Shown here piece by piece: positions 10,501-24,000 of a stretch of 64,000 nt of DNA (position 1 is its first letter; the number at the start of each line of letters is the position of its first letter). The notes under the pieces are model-generated. The model was not told the DNA's origin and did not search any database. It saw only the letters and a program-made list of their open reading frames with translations. Both the position numbers and the translations under genes were made by a program. Where the stretch lies: contig OZ024742.1 in assembly GCA_964016885.1 (NCBI GenBank), positions 164,176,001-164,240,000 of the forward strand, given 5' to 3'. The DNA comes from Eledone cirrhosa (lineage: Eukaryota).

Positions 10501-13269
10501 TTTTTTTTACAAATTATCTCCCCCTGATTTTTTTTTACAAATTATCTCCCCCTGATTTTTTTTTACAAATTATCTCCCCCTGATATTTTTTACAAATTAT
10601 CTCCCCCTGATTTTTTTACAAATTATCTCCCCTTGGCTGGCTGGAAATTATCTCCCCTTGGAGGCTGGAATTTATCTCCCCTTAGACGGCTAGAAATTAC
10701 CTCGCCTTGGACGGCTGGAAAATATGTCTCCTTGGACGGCTGGAAATAATCTCCCCTTGGACGGCTGGAAATTATCTCCCCTTGGACGGCTGGAAATTAT
10801 CTCCCCTTGGACGGCTAGATATTACCTCCCCTTGGACGGCTGGAAATTATCTCCCCTTGATTTTTTTTACAAATTATCTCCCCCTGATTTTTTTTTACGA
10901 ATTATCTCCCCCCGATTTTTTTTTACAAATTATCTCCGCCTGATTTTTTTAAAAAAATTATCTCCCCTTGAACGGCTGGAAATTATCTCCCCTTGGACGG
11001 CTGGAAATTATCTCCCCTTGGACGGCTAGAAATTACCTCTCCTTGGACGGCTGAAAATTATCTCCCCTTGGACGGCTGCAAATTATCTCCCCTTGATTTT
11101 TTAACAAATTATCTCCCCCTGATTTTTTTTTACAAATTATCTCCCCCTGATTTTTTTTTACAAATTATCTCCCCCTGATTTTTTTACAAATTATCTCCCC
11201 CTGATTTTTTTAAAAATTATCTTCCCTTGGCTGGCGGGAAATTATCTCCCCTTGGACGGCTGGAAATTATATCCCCTTGGAAGGATGGAAATTATCTCCC
11301 CTTGGACGGCTGGAAATTATCTCCCCTTGGACGGCTGGAAATTATCTCCCCTTGGACAGCTGGAAATTATCTGCCCTTGATTTTGTTTTTACAAATTATC
11401 TCCCCCTGATTTTTTTTACAAATTATCTCCACCTGATTTTTTAAAAAATTATCTCCCCTTGGACGGCTGGAAATTATCTCCCCTTGATTTTTTTACAAAT
11501 TATCTCCCCCTGATTTTTTTTACAAATTATCTCCCCCTGATTTTTTGTTACAAATTATCTCCCCCTGATTTTTTTAAAAATTATCTCCCCCTGATTTTTT
11601 TTACAAATTATCTCCGCCTGATTTTTTTAAATATTATCTTCCCTTGGCTGGCGGGAAATTATCTCCCCTTGGACGGCTGAAAATTATCTCCCCTTGGACG
11701 GCTGGAAATTATCTCCCCTTGATTTTTTTACAAATTATCTCCCCCTGATTTTTTTTTACAAATTATCTACCCCTGATTTTTTTTACAAATTATCTCCCCC
11801 TGATTTTTTTTTACAAATTATCTCCCCCTGATTTTTTTTTACAAATTATCTCCCCCTGATTTTTTTACAAATTATCTCCCCTTGGCTAGCTGGAAATTAT
11901 CTCCCCTTGGAGGCTGGAATTTATCTCCCCTTGGACGGCTAGAAATTACCTCTCCTTGGACGGCTGGAAAATATGTCTCCTTGGACGGCTGGATATTATC
12001 TACCCTTGGACGGCTGGAAATTATCTCCCCTTGGACGGCTGGAAATTATCTCCCCTTGGACGGCTAGATATTACCTCCCCTTGGACGGCTGGAAATTATC
12101 TCCCCTTGATTTTTTTTACAAATTATCTCCCCCTGATTTTTTTTTACGAATTATCTCCCCCTGATTTTTTTTTACAAATTATCTCCGCCTGATTTTTTTT
12201 TAAAATTATCTCCCCTTGAACGGCTGGAAATTATCTCCCCTTGGACGGCTGGAAATTATCTCCCCTTGGACGGCTAGAAATTACCTCTCCTTGGACGGCT
12301 GAAAATTATCTCCCCTTGGACGGCTGCAAATTATCTCCCCTTGATTTTTTTAACAAATTATCTCCCCCTGATTTTTTTTTACAAATTATCTCCCCCTGAT
12401 TTTTTTTTACAAATTATCTACGCCTAATTTTTTTTACAAATTATCTCCCCCTGATTTTTTTTTACAAATTATCTCCCCCTGATTTTTTTTACAAATTATC
12501 TCCCCCTGATTTTTTTTTACAAATTATCTCCCCCTGATTTTTTTACAAATTATCTCCCCCCTGAATTTTTTTACAATCTCCGCCTGATTTTTTTAAAAAT
12601 TATCTTCCCTTGGCTGGCAGGAAATTATCTCCCCTTGGTCGGCTGGAAATTATATCCCCTTGGAAGGATGGAAATTATCTCCCCTTGGACGGCTGGAAAT
12701 TATCTCCCCTTGGACGGCTGGAAATTACCTCCCCTTGGACAGCTGGAAATTATCTGCCCTTGATTTTGTTTTTACAAATTATCTCCCCCTGATTTTTTTT
12801 ACAAATTATCTCCACCTGATTTTTTAAAAAATTATCTCCCCTTGATTTTTTTACAAATTATCTCCCCCTGATTTTTTTTACAAATTATCTCCCCCTGATT
12901 TTTTTTTTACAAATTATCTCCCCCTGATTTTTTTACAAATTATCTCCCCCTGATTTTTTTTACAAATTATCTCCGCCTGATTTTTTTTACAAATTATCTC
13001 CCCTTGGCTGGCTGGAAATTATCTCCCCTTGGAGGCTGGAATTTATCTCCCCTTGGACGGCTAGAAATTACCTCTCCTTGGACGGCTGGAAAATATGTCC
13101 TTGGACGGCTGGATATTATCTACCCTTGGACGGCTGGAAATTATCTCCCCTTGGACGGCTGGAAATTATCTCCCCTTGGAGGCTGGAATTTATCTCCCCT
13201 TGGACGGCTAGAAATTACCTCTCCTTGGACGGCTGGAAAATATGTCCTTGGACGGCTGGATATTACCTC

Positions 13270-16200
13270 CCCTTGGACGGCTGGAAATTATCTCCCCTTG
13301 ATTTTTTTTACAAATTATCTCCCCCTGATTTTTTTTACAAATCTAATGATTTTAAAAAAAAAATTATCTCCCCTTCGCTGGCTGGAAATTATCTCCCCTT
13401 CGCTGGCTGGAAATTATCTCCCCTTGGACGCTGGAAATTATAGCCCCTTGGAGGGCTGGAAATTATCTTCCCTTGGACGGCTGGAAATTATCTCCCCTTG
13501 GCTCGAAATTATCTCCCCTTGGACGGCTAGAAATTATCTCTCTTTGGACGGCTGGAAATTATCTCCCTTTGATTTTTTTTACAAATTATCTCCCCCTGAT
13601 TTTTTTTACAAATCTCCCCCTGATTTTTTAAAAAAAATTATCTCCCCTTCGCTGGCTGGAAATTATCTCCCCTTGGACACTGGAAATTATAGCCCCTTGG
13701 CGGGCTGGAAATTATCTTCCCTTGGACGGCTGGAAATTATCTCTGCTTGATTTTTTTTACAAATTATCTCCCCCTGATTTTTTTTTACAAATTATCCCCC
13801 CCGATTTTTTTTACAAATTATCTCCCCCTGATTTTTTTTACAAATTATCTCCCCTTGGACGGCTGGAAATTATCTCCCCTTGGACGGCTGGAAATTATCT
13901 CCCCTTGGACGGCTAGAAATTACCTCTCCTTGGACGACTGAAAATTATCTCCCCTTGGACGGCTGCAAATTATCTCCCCTTGATTTTTTTTACAAATTAT
14001 CTCCGCCTGATTTTTTTTAAAAAATTATCTCCCCTTGGACGGCTGGAAATTACCTCCCCTTGGACGGCTGGAAATTATCTCCCCTTGGACGGCTAGAAAT
14101 TACCTCTCATTGGACGGCTGAAAATTATCTCCCCTTGGACGGCTGGAAATTATCTCCCCTTGATTTTTTTTACAAATTATCTCCCCCTGATTTTTTTTTA
14201 CAAATTATCTCCCCCTGATTTTTTTTTTACAAATTATCTCCGCCTGATTTTTTTTTAAAATTATCTCTCCTTGGACGGCTGGATATTATCTCCCCTTTCA
14301 TTTTTTTTACAAATTATCTCCCCCTGATTTTTTTTTACAAATTATCTCCCCCTGATTTTTTTTTACAAATTATCTACCCCTAATTTTTTTTTACAAATTA
14401 TCTCCCCCTGATTTTTTTTACAAATTATCTCCCCCTGATTTTTTTTTTACAAATTATCTCCCCCTGATTTTTTTACAAATTATCTCCCCCTGATTTTTTT
14501 TACAAATTATCTCCGCCTGATTTTTTTAAATATTATCTTCTCTTGGCTGGCGGGAAATTATCTCCCCTTGGACGGCTGAAAATTATCTCCCCTTTGACGG
14601 CTGGAAATTATCTCCCCTTGATTTTTTTTACAAATTATCTCCCCCTGATTTTTTTTTACAAATTATCTCCCCCTGATTTTTTTTACAAATTATCTCCCCC
14701 TGATTTTTTTTTACAAATTATCTCCCCCTGATTTTTTTTACAAATTATCTCCCCCTGATTTTTTTACAAATTATCTCCCCTTGGCTGGCTGGAAATTATC
14801 TCCCCTTGGAGGCTGGAATTTATCTCCCCTTGGACGGCTAGAAATTACCTCTCCTTGGACGGCTGGAAAATATGTCCTTGGACGGCTGGATATTATCTAC
14901 CCTTGGACGGCTGGAAATTATCTCCCCTTGGACGGCTGGAAATTATCTCCCCTTGGACGGCTAGATATTACCTCCCCTTGGACGGCTGGAAATTATCTCC
15001 CCTTGATTTTTTTTACAAATTATCCCCCCCTGATTTTTTTTTACAAATTATCTCCCCCTGATTTTTTTTTACAAATTATCTACCCCTGATTTTTTTTTAC
15101 AAATTATCTCCCCCTAATTTTTTTTACAAATTATCTCTCCCTGATTTTTTTTTACAAATTATCTCCCCCTGATTTTTTTTTACAAATTATCTACCCCTGA
15201 TTTTTTTTTACAAATTATCTCCCCCTGATTTTTTTTACAAATTATCTCCCCCTGATTTTTTTTACAAATTATCTCCCCCTGATTTTTTTACAAATTATCT
15301 CCCCCCGATTTTTTTTACAAATTATCTCCGCCTAATTTTTTTAAATATTATCTTCCCTTGGCTGGCGGGAAATTATCTCCCCTTGGACGGCTGAAAATTA
15401 TCTCCCCTTGGACGGCTGGAAATTATCTCCCCTTGATTTTTTTACAAATTATCTCCCCCTGATTATTTTTTACAAATTATCTCCCCCTGATTTTTTTTAC
15501 AAATTATCTCCCACTGATTTTTTTTACAAATTATCTCCCCTTGGCTGGCTGGAAATTATCTCCCCTTGGAGGCTGGAATTTATCTCCACTTGGACGGTTA
15601 GAAATTACCTCTCCTTGGACTGCTGGAAAATATGTCTCCTTGGACGGCTGGAAATTATCTCCCCTTGGACGGCTGGAAATTATCTCCCCTTGGACGGCTG
15701 GAAATTATCTCTCCTCGGACGACTAGAAATTACCTCTCCTTGGACAGCTGAAAATTATCTCCCCTTGGACGGCTGGAAATTATCTCCCCTTGATTTTTTT
15801 TACAAATTATCTCCCCCCGATTTTTTTTTACAAATTATCTCCCCCTGATTTTTTTTTACAAATTATCTCCCCCTGATTTTTTTTACAAATTATCTCCCCC
15901 TGATATTTTTTACAAATTATCTCCCCCTGATTTTTTTACAAATTATCTCCCCTTGGCTGGCTGGAAATTATCTCCCCTTGGAGGCTGGAATTTATCTCCC
16001 CTTGGACGGCTAGAAATTACCTCGCCTTGGACGGCTGGAAAATATGTCTCCTTGGACGGCTGGAAATTATCTCCCCTTGATTTTTTTTACAAATTATCTC
16101 CCCCTGATTTTTTTTACAAATCTAATGATTTTAAAAAAAAAATTATCTCCCCTTCGCTGGCTGGAAATTATCTCCCCTTCGCTGGCTGGAAATTATCTCC

Positions 16201-18660
16201 CCTTGGACGCTGGAAATTATAGCCCCTTGGAGGGCTGGAAATTATCTTCCCTTGGACGGCTGGAAATTATCTCCCCTTGGCTCGAAATTATCTCCCCTTG
16301 GACGGCTAGAAATTATCTCTCTTTGGACGGCTGGAAATTATCTCCCTTTGATTTTTTTTACAAATTATCTCCCCCGGATTTTTTTTACAAATCTCCCCCT
16401 GATTTTTTAAAAAAAATTATCTCCCCTTCGCTGGCTGGAAATTATCTCCCCTTGGACACTGGAAATTATAGCCCCTTGGAGGGCTGGAAATTATCTTCCC
16501 TTGGACGGCTGGAAATTATCTCTGCTTGATTTTTTTTACAAATTATCTCCCCCTGATTTTTTTTTACAAATTATCCCCCCCGATTTTTTTTACAAATTAT
16601 CTCCCCCTGATTTTTTTTACAAATTATCTCCCCTTGGACGGCTGGAAATTATCTCCCCTTGGACGGCTGGAAATTATCTCCCCTTGGACGGCTAGAAATT
16701 ACCTCTCCTTGGACGACTGAAAATTATCTCCCCTTGGACGGCTGCAAATTATCTCCCCTTGATTTTTTTTACAAATTATCTCCGCCTGATTTTTTTTAAA
16801 AAATTATCTCCCCTTGGACGGCTGGAAATTACCTCCCCTTGGACGGCTGGAAATTATCTCCCCTTGGACGGCTAGAAATTACCTCTCATTGGACGGCTGA
16901 AAATTATCTCCCCTTGGACGGCTGGAAATTATCTCCCCTTGATTTTTTTTACAAATTATCTCCCCCTGATTTTTTTTTACAAATTATCTCCCCCTGATTT
17001 TTTTTTTACAAATTATCTCCGCCTGATTTTTTTTTAAAATTATCTCTCCTTGGACGGCTGGATATTATCTCCCCTTTCATTTTTTTTACAAATTATCTCC
17101 CCCTGATTTTTTTTTACAAATTATCTCCCCCTGATTTTTTTTTACAAATTATCTACCCCTAATTTTTTTTTACAAATTATCTCCCCCTGATTTTTTTTAC
17201 AAATTATCTCCCCCTGATTTTTTTTTTACAAATTATCTCCCCCTGATTTTTTTACAAATTATCTCCCCCTGATTTTTTTTACAAATTATCTCCGCCTGAT
17301 TTTTTTAAATATTATCTTCTCTTGGCTGGCGGGAAATTATCTCCCCTTGGACGGCTGAAAATTATCTCCCCTTTGACGGCTGGAAATTATCTCCCCTTGA
17401 TTTTTTTTACAAATTATCTCCCCCTGATTTTTTTTACAAATTATCTCCCCCTGATTTTTTTTACAAATTATCTCCCCCTGATTTTTTTTTACAAATTATC
17501 TCCCCCTGATTTTTTTTACAAATTATCTCCCCCTGATTTTTTTACAAATTATCTCCCCTTGGCTGGCTGGAAATTATCTCCCCTTGGAGGCTGGAATTTA
17601 TCTCCCCTTGGACGGCTAGAAATTACCTCTCCTTGGACGGCTGGAAAATATGTCCTTGGACGGCTGGATATTATCTACCCTTGGACGGCTGGAAATTATC
17701 TCCCCTTGGACGGCTGGAAATTATCTCCCCTTGGACGGCTAGATATTACCTCCCCTTGGACGGCTGGAAATTATCTCCCCTTGATTTTTTTTACAAATTA
17801 TCCCCCCCTGATTTTTTTTTACAAATTATCTCCCCCTGATTTTTTTTTACAAATTATCTACCCCTGATTTTTTTTTACAAATTATCTCCCCCTAATTTTT
17901 TTTACAAATTATCTCTCCCTGATTTTTTTTTACAAATTATCTCCCCCTGATTTTTTTTTACAAATTATCTACCCCTGATTTTTTTTTACAAATTATCTCC
18001 CCCTGATTTTTTTTACAAATTATCTCCCCCTGATTTTTTTTACAAATTATCTCCCCCTGATTTTTTTACAAATTATCTCCCCCCGATTTTTTTTACAAAT
18101 TATCTCCGCCTAATTTTTTTAAATATTATCTTCCCTTGGCTGGCGGGAAATTATCTCCCCTTGGACGGCTGAAAATTATCTCCCCTTGGACGGCTGGAAA
18201 TTATCTCCCCTTGATTTTTTTACAAATTATCTCCCCCTGATTATTTTTTACAAATTATCTCCCCCTGATTTTTTTTTACAAATTATCTCCCACTGATTTT
18301 TTTTACAAATTATCTCCCCTTGGCTGGCTGGAAATTATCTCCCCTTGGAGGCTGGAATTTATCTCCACTTGGACGGTTAGAAATTACCTCTCCTTGGACT
18401 GCTGGAAAATATGTCTCCTTGGACGGCTGGAAATTATCTCCCCTTGGACGGCTGGAAATTATCTCCCCTTGGACGGCTGGAAATTATCTCTCCTCGGACG
18501 ACTAGAAATTACCTCTCCTTGGACAGCTGAAAATTATCTCCCCTTGGACGGCTGGAAATTATCTCCCCTTGATTTTTTTTACAAATTATCTCCCCCCGAT
18601 TTTTTTTTACAAATTATCTCCCCCTGATTTTTTTTTACAAATTATCTCCCCCTGATTTTT
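13270..18660 (+). repeat. Nested tandem duplication, period ~2.78 kb (inside first 7.77-kb copy)
   Basis: Offsets 13341>16120 (ATCTAATGA marker), 13722>16501, 14543>17322, 15541>18320, all 2779. Confidence 0.9.
13335..13760 (+). repeat. Divergent landmark cassette (ATCTAATGATTTTA10, TTCGCTGG units, ATAGCCCC, 21- and 24-bp units); 5 full copies
   Basis: Marker ATCTAATGATTTTAAAAAAAAAA at 13341, 16120, 21110, 23890, 56461; partial derivative near 28105 and 32123. Confidence 0.9.
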
Positions 18661-21039
18661 TTTTACGAATTATCTCCCCCCGATTTTTTTTTACAAATTA
18701 TCTCCGCCTGATTTTTTTAAAAAAATTATCTCCCCTTGAACGGCTGGAAATTATCTCCCCTTGGACGGCTGGAAATTATCTCCCCTTGGACGGCTAGAAA
18801 TTACCTCTCCTTGGACGGCTGAAAATTATCTCCCCTTGGACGGCTGCAAATTATCTCCCCTTGATTTTTTAACAAATTATCTCCCCCTGATTTTTTTTTA
18901 CAAATTATCTCCCCCTGATTTTTTTTTACAAATTATCTCCCCCTGATTTTTTTTACAAATTATCTCCCCCTGATTTTTTTAAAAATTATCTTCCCTTGGC
19001 TGGCGGGAAATTATCTCCCCTTGGACGGCTGGAAATTATATCCCCTTGGAAGGATGGAAATTATCTCCCCTTGGACGGCTGGAAATTATCTCCCCTTGGA
19101 CGGCTGGAAATTATCTCCCCTTGGACAGCTGGAAATTATCTGCCCTTGATTTTGTTTTTACAAATTATCTCCCCCTGATTTTTTTTACAAATTATCTCCA
19201 CCTGATTTTTTAAAAAATTATCTCCCCTTGGACGGCTGGAAATTATCTCCCCTTGATTTTTTTACAAATTATCTCCCCCTGATTTTTTTTACAAATTATC
19301 TCCCCCTGATTTTTTGTTACAAATTATCTCCCCCTGATTTTTTTAAAAATTATCTCCCCCTGATTTTTTTTACAAATTATCTCCGCCTGATTTTTTTAAA
19401 TATTATCTTCCCTTGGCTGGCGGGAAATTATCTCCCCTTGGACGGCTGAAAATTATCTCCCCTTGGACGGCTGGAAATTATCTCCCCTTGATTTTTTTAC
19501 AAATTATCTCCCCCTGATTTTTTTTTACAAATTATCTACCCCTGATTTTTTTTACAAATTATCTCCCCCTGATTTTTTTTTACAAATTATCTCCCCCTGA
19601 TTTTTTTTTACAAATTATCTCCCCCTGATTTTTTTACAAATTATCTCCCCTTGGCTAGCTGGAAATTATCTCCCCTTGGAGGCTGGAATTTATCTCCCCT
19701 TGGACGGCTAGAAATTACCTCTCCTTGGACGGCTGGAAAATATGTCTCCTTGGACGGCTGGATATTATCTACCCTTGGACGGCTGGAAATTATCTCCCCT
19801 TGGACGGCTGGAAATTATCTCCCCTTGGACGGCTAGATATTACCTCCCCTTGGACGGCTGGAAATTATCTCCCCTTGATTTTTTTTACAAATTATCTCCC
19901 CCTGATTTTTTTTTACGAATTATCTCCCCCTGATTTTTTTTTACAAATTATCTCCGCCTGATTTTTTTTTTAAATTATCTCCCCTTGAACGGCTGGAAAT
20001 TATCTCCCCTTGGACGGCTGGAAATTATCTCCCCTTGGACGGCTAGAAATTACCTCTCCTTGGACGGCTGAAAATTATCTCCCCTTGGACGGCTGCAAAT
20101 TATCTCCCCTTGATTTTTTTAACAAATTATCTCCCCCTGATTTTTTTTTACAAATTATCTCCCCCTGATTTTTTTTTACAAATTATCTACGCCTAATTTT
20201 TTTTACAAATTATCTCCCCCTGATTTTTTTTTACAAATTATCTCCCCCTGATTTTTTTTACAAATTATCTCCCCCTGATTTTTTTTTACAAATTATCTCC
20301 CCCTGATTTTTTTACAAATTATCTCCCCCCTGAATTTTTTTACAATCTCCGCCTGATTTTTTTAAAAATTATCTTCCCTTGGCTGGCAGGAAATTATCTC
20401 CCCTTGGTCGGCTGGAAATTATATCCCCTTGGAAGGATGGAAATTATCTCCCCTTGGACGGCTGGAAATTATCTCCCCTTGGACGGCTGGAAATTACCTC
20501 CCCTTGGACAGCTGGAAATTATCTGCCCTTGATTTTGTTTTTACAAATTATCTCCCCCTGATTTTTTTTACAAATTATCTCCACCTGATTTTTTAAAAAA
20601 TTATCTCCCCTTGATTTTTTTACAAATTATCTCCCCCTGATTTTTTTTACAAATTATCTCCCCCTGATTTTTTTTTTACAAATTATCTCCCCCTGATTTT
20701 TTTACAAATTATCTCCCCCTGATTTTTTTTACAAATTATCTCCGCCTGATTTTTTTTACAAATTATCTCCCCTTGGCTGGCTGGAAATTATCTCCCCTTG
20801 GAGGCTGGAATTTATCTCCCCTTGGACGGCTAGAAATTACCTCTCCTTGGACGGCTGGAAAATATGTCCTTGGACGGCTGGATATTATCTACCCTTGGAC
20901 GGCTGGAAATTATCTCCCCTTGGACGGCTGGAAATTATCTCCCCTTGGAGGCTGGAATTTATCTCCCCTTGGACGGCTAGAAATTACCTCTCCTTGGACG
21001 GCTGGAAAATATGTCCTTGGACGGCTGGATATTACCTCC

Positions 21040-24000
21040 CCTTGGACGGCTGGAAATTATCTCCCCTTGATTTTTTTTACAAATTATCTCCCCCTGATTT
21101 TTTTTACAAATCTAATGATTTTAAAAAAAAAATTATCTCCCCTTCGCTGGCTGGAAATTATCTCCCCTTCGCTGGCTGGAAATTATCTCCCCTTGGACGC
21201 TGGAAATTATAGCCCCTTGGAGGGCTGGAAATTATCTTCCCTTGGACGGCTGGAAATTATCTCCCCTTGGCTCGAAATTATCTCCCCTTGGACGGCTAGA
21301 AATTATCTCTCTTTGGACGGCTGGAAATTATCTCCCTTTGATTTTTTTTACAAATTATCTCCCCCTGATTTTTTTTACAAATCTCCCCCTGATTTTTTAA
21401 AAAAAATTATCTCCCCTTCGCTGGCTGGAAATTATCTCCCCTTGGACACTGGAAATTATAGCCCCTTGGCGGGCTGGAAATTATCTTCCCTTGGACGGCT
21501 GGAAATTATCTCTGCTTGATTTTTTTTACAAATTATCTCCCCCTGATTTTTTTTTACAAATTATCCCCCCCGATTTTTTTTACAAATTATCTCCCCCTGA
21601 TTTTTTTTACAAATTATCTCCCCTTGGACGGCTGGAAATTATCTCCCCTTGGACGGCTGGAAATTATCTCCCCTTGGACGGCTAGAAATTACCTCTCCTT
21701 GGACGACTGAAAATTATCTCCCCTTGGACGGCTGCAAATTATCTCCCCTTGATTTTTTTTACAAATTATCTCCGCCTGATTTTTTTTAAAAAATTATCTC
21801 CCCTTGGACGGCTGGAAATTACCTCCCCTTGGACGGCTGGAAATTATCTCCCCTTGGACGGCTAGAAATTACCTCTCATTGGACGGCTGAAAATTATCTC
21901 CCCTTGGACGGCTGGAAATTATCTCCCCTTGATTTTTTTTACAAATTATCTCCCCCTGATTTTTTTTTACAAATTATCTCCCCCTGATTTTTTTTTTACA
22001 AATTATCTCCGCCTGATTTTTTTTTAAAATTATCTCTCCTTGGACGGCTGGATATTATCTCCCCTTTCATTTTTTTTACAAATTATCTCCCCCTGATTTT
22101 TTTTTACAAATTATCTCCCCCTGATTTTTTTTTACAAATTATCTACCCCTAATTTTTTTTTACAAATTATCTCCCCCTGATTTTTTTTACAAATTATCTC
22201 CCCCTGATTTTTTTTTTACAAATTATCTCCCCCTGATTTTTTTACAAATTATCTCCCCCTGATTTTTTTTACAAATTATCTCCGCCTGATTTTTTTAAAT
22301 ATTATCTTCTCTTGGCTGGCGGGAAATTATCTCCCCTTGGACGGCTGAAAATTATCTCCCCTTTGACGGCTGGAAATTATCTCCCCTTGATTTTTTTTAC
22401 AAATTATCTCCCCCTGATTTTTTTTTACAAATTATCTCCCCCTGATTTTTTTTACAAATTATCTCCCCCTGATTTTTTTTTACAAATTATCTCCCCCTGA
22501 TTTTTTTTACAAATTATCTCCCCCTGATTTTTTTACAAATTATCTCCCCTTGGCTGGCTGGAAATTATCTCCCCTTGGAGGCTGGAATTTATCTCCCCTT
22601 GGACGGCTAGAAATTACCTCTCCTTGGACGGCTGGAAAATATGTCCTTGGACGGCTGGATATTATCTACCCTTGGACGGCTGGAAATTATCTCCCCTTGG
22701 ACGGCTGGAAATTATCTCCCCTTGGACGGCTAGATATTACCTCCCCTTGGACGGCTGGAAATTATCTCCCCTTGATTTTTTTTACAAATTATCCCCCCCT
22801 GATTTTTTTTTACAAATTATCTCCCCCTGATTTTTTTTTACAAATTATCTACCCCTGATTTTTTTTTACAAATTATCTCCCCCTAATTTTTTTTACAAAT
22901 TATCTCTCCCTGATTTTTTTTTACAAATTATCTCCCCCTGATTTTTTTTTACAAATTATCTACCCCTGATTTTTTTTTACAAATTATCTCCCCCTGATTT
23001 TTTTTACAAATTATCTCCCCCTGATTTTTTTTACAAATTATCTCCCCCTGATTTTTTTACAAATTATCTCCCCCCGATTTTTTTTACAAATTATCTCCGC
23101 CTAATTTTTTTAAATATTATCTTCCCTTGGCTGGCGGGAAATTATCTCCCCTTGGACGGCTGAAAATTATCTCCCCTTGGACGGCTGGAAATTATCTCCC
23201 CTTGATTTTTTTACAAATTATCTCCCCCTGATTATTTTTTACAAATTATCTCCCCCTGATTTTTTTTTACAAATTATCTCCCACTGATTTTTTTTACAAA
23301 TTATCTCCCCTTGGCTGGCTGGAAATTATCTCCCCTTGGAGGCTGGAATTTATCTCCACTTGGACGGTTAGAAATTACCTCTCCTTGGACTGCTGGAAAA
23401 TATGTCTCCTTGGACGGCTGGAAATTATCTCCCCTTGGACGGCTGGAAATTATCTCCCCTTGGACGGCTGGAAATTATCTCTCCTCGGACGACTAGAAAT
23501 TACCTCTCCTTGGACAGCTGAAAATTATCTCCCCTTGGACGGCTGGAAATTATCTCCCCTTGATTTTTTTTACAAATTATCTCCCCCCGATTTTTTTTTA
23601 CAAATTATCTCCCCCTGATTTTTTTTTACAAATTATCTCCCCCTGATTTTTTTTACAAATTATCTCCCCCTGATATTTTTTACAAATTATCTCCCCCTGA
23701 TTTTTTTACAAATTATCTCCCCTTGGCTGGCTGGAAATTATCTCCCCTTGGAGGCTGGAATTTATCTCCCCTTGGACGGCTAGAAATTACCTCGCCTTGG
23801 ACGGCTGGAAAATATGTCTCCTTGGACGGCTGGAAATTATCTCCCCTTGATTTTTTTTACAAATTATCTCCCCCTGATTTTTTTTACAAATCTAATGATT
23901 TTAAAAAAAAAATTATCTCCCCTTCGCTGGCTGGAAATTATCTCCCCTTCGCTGGCTGGAAATTATCTCCCCTTGGACGCTGGAAATTATAGCCCCTTGG

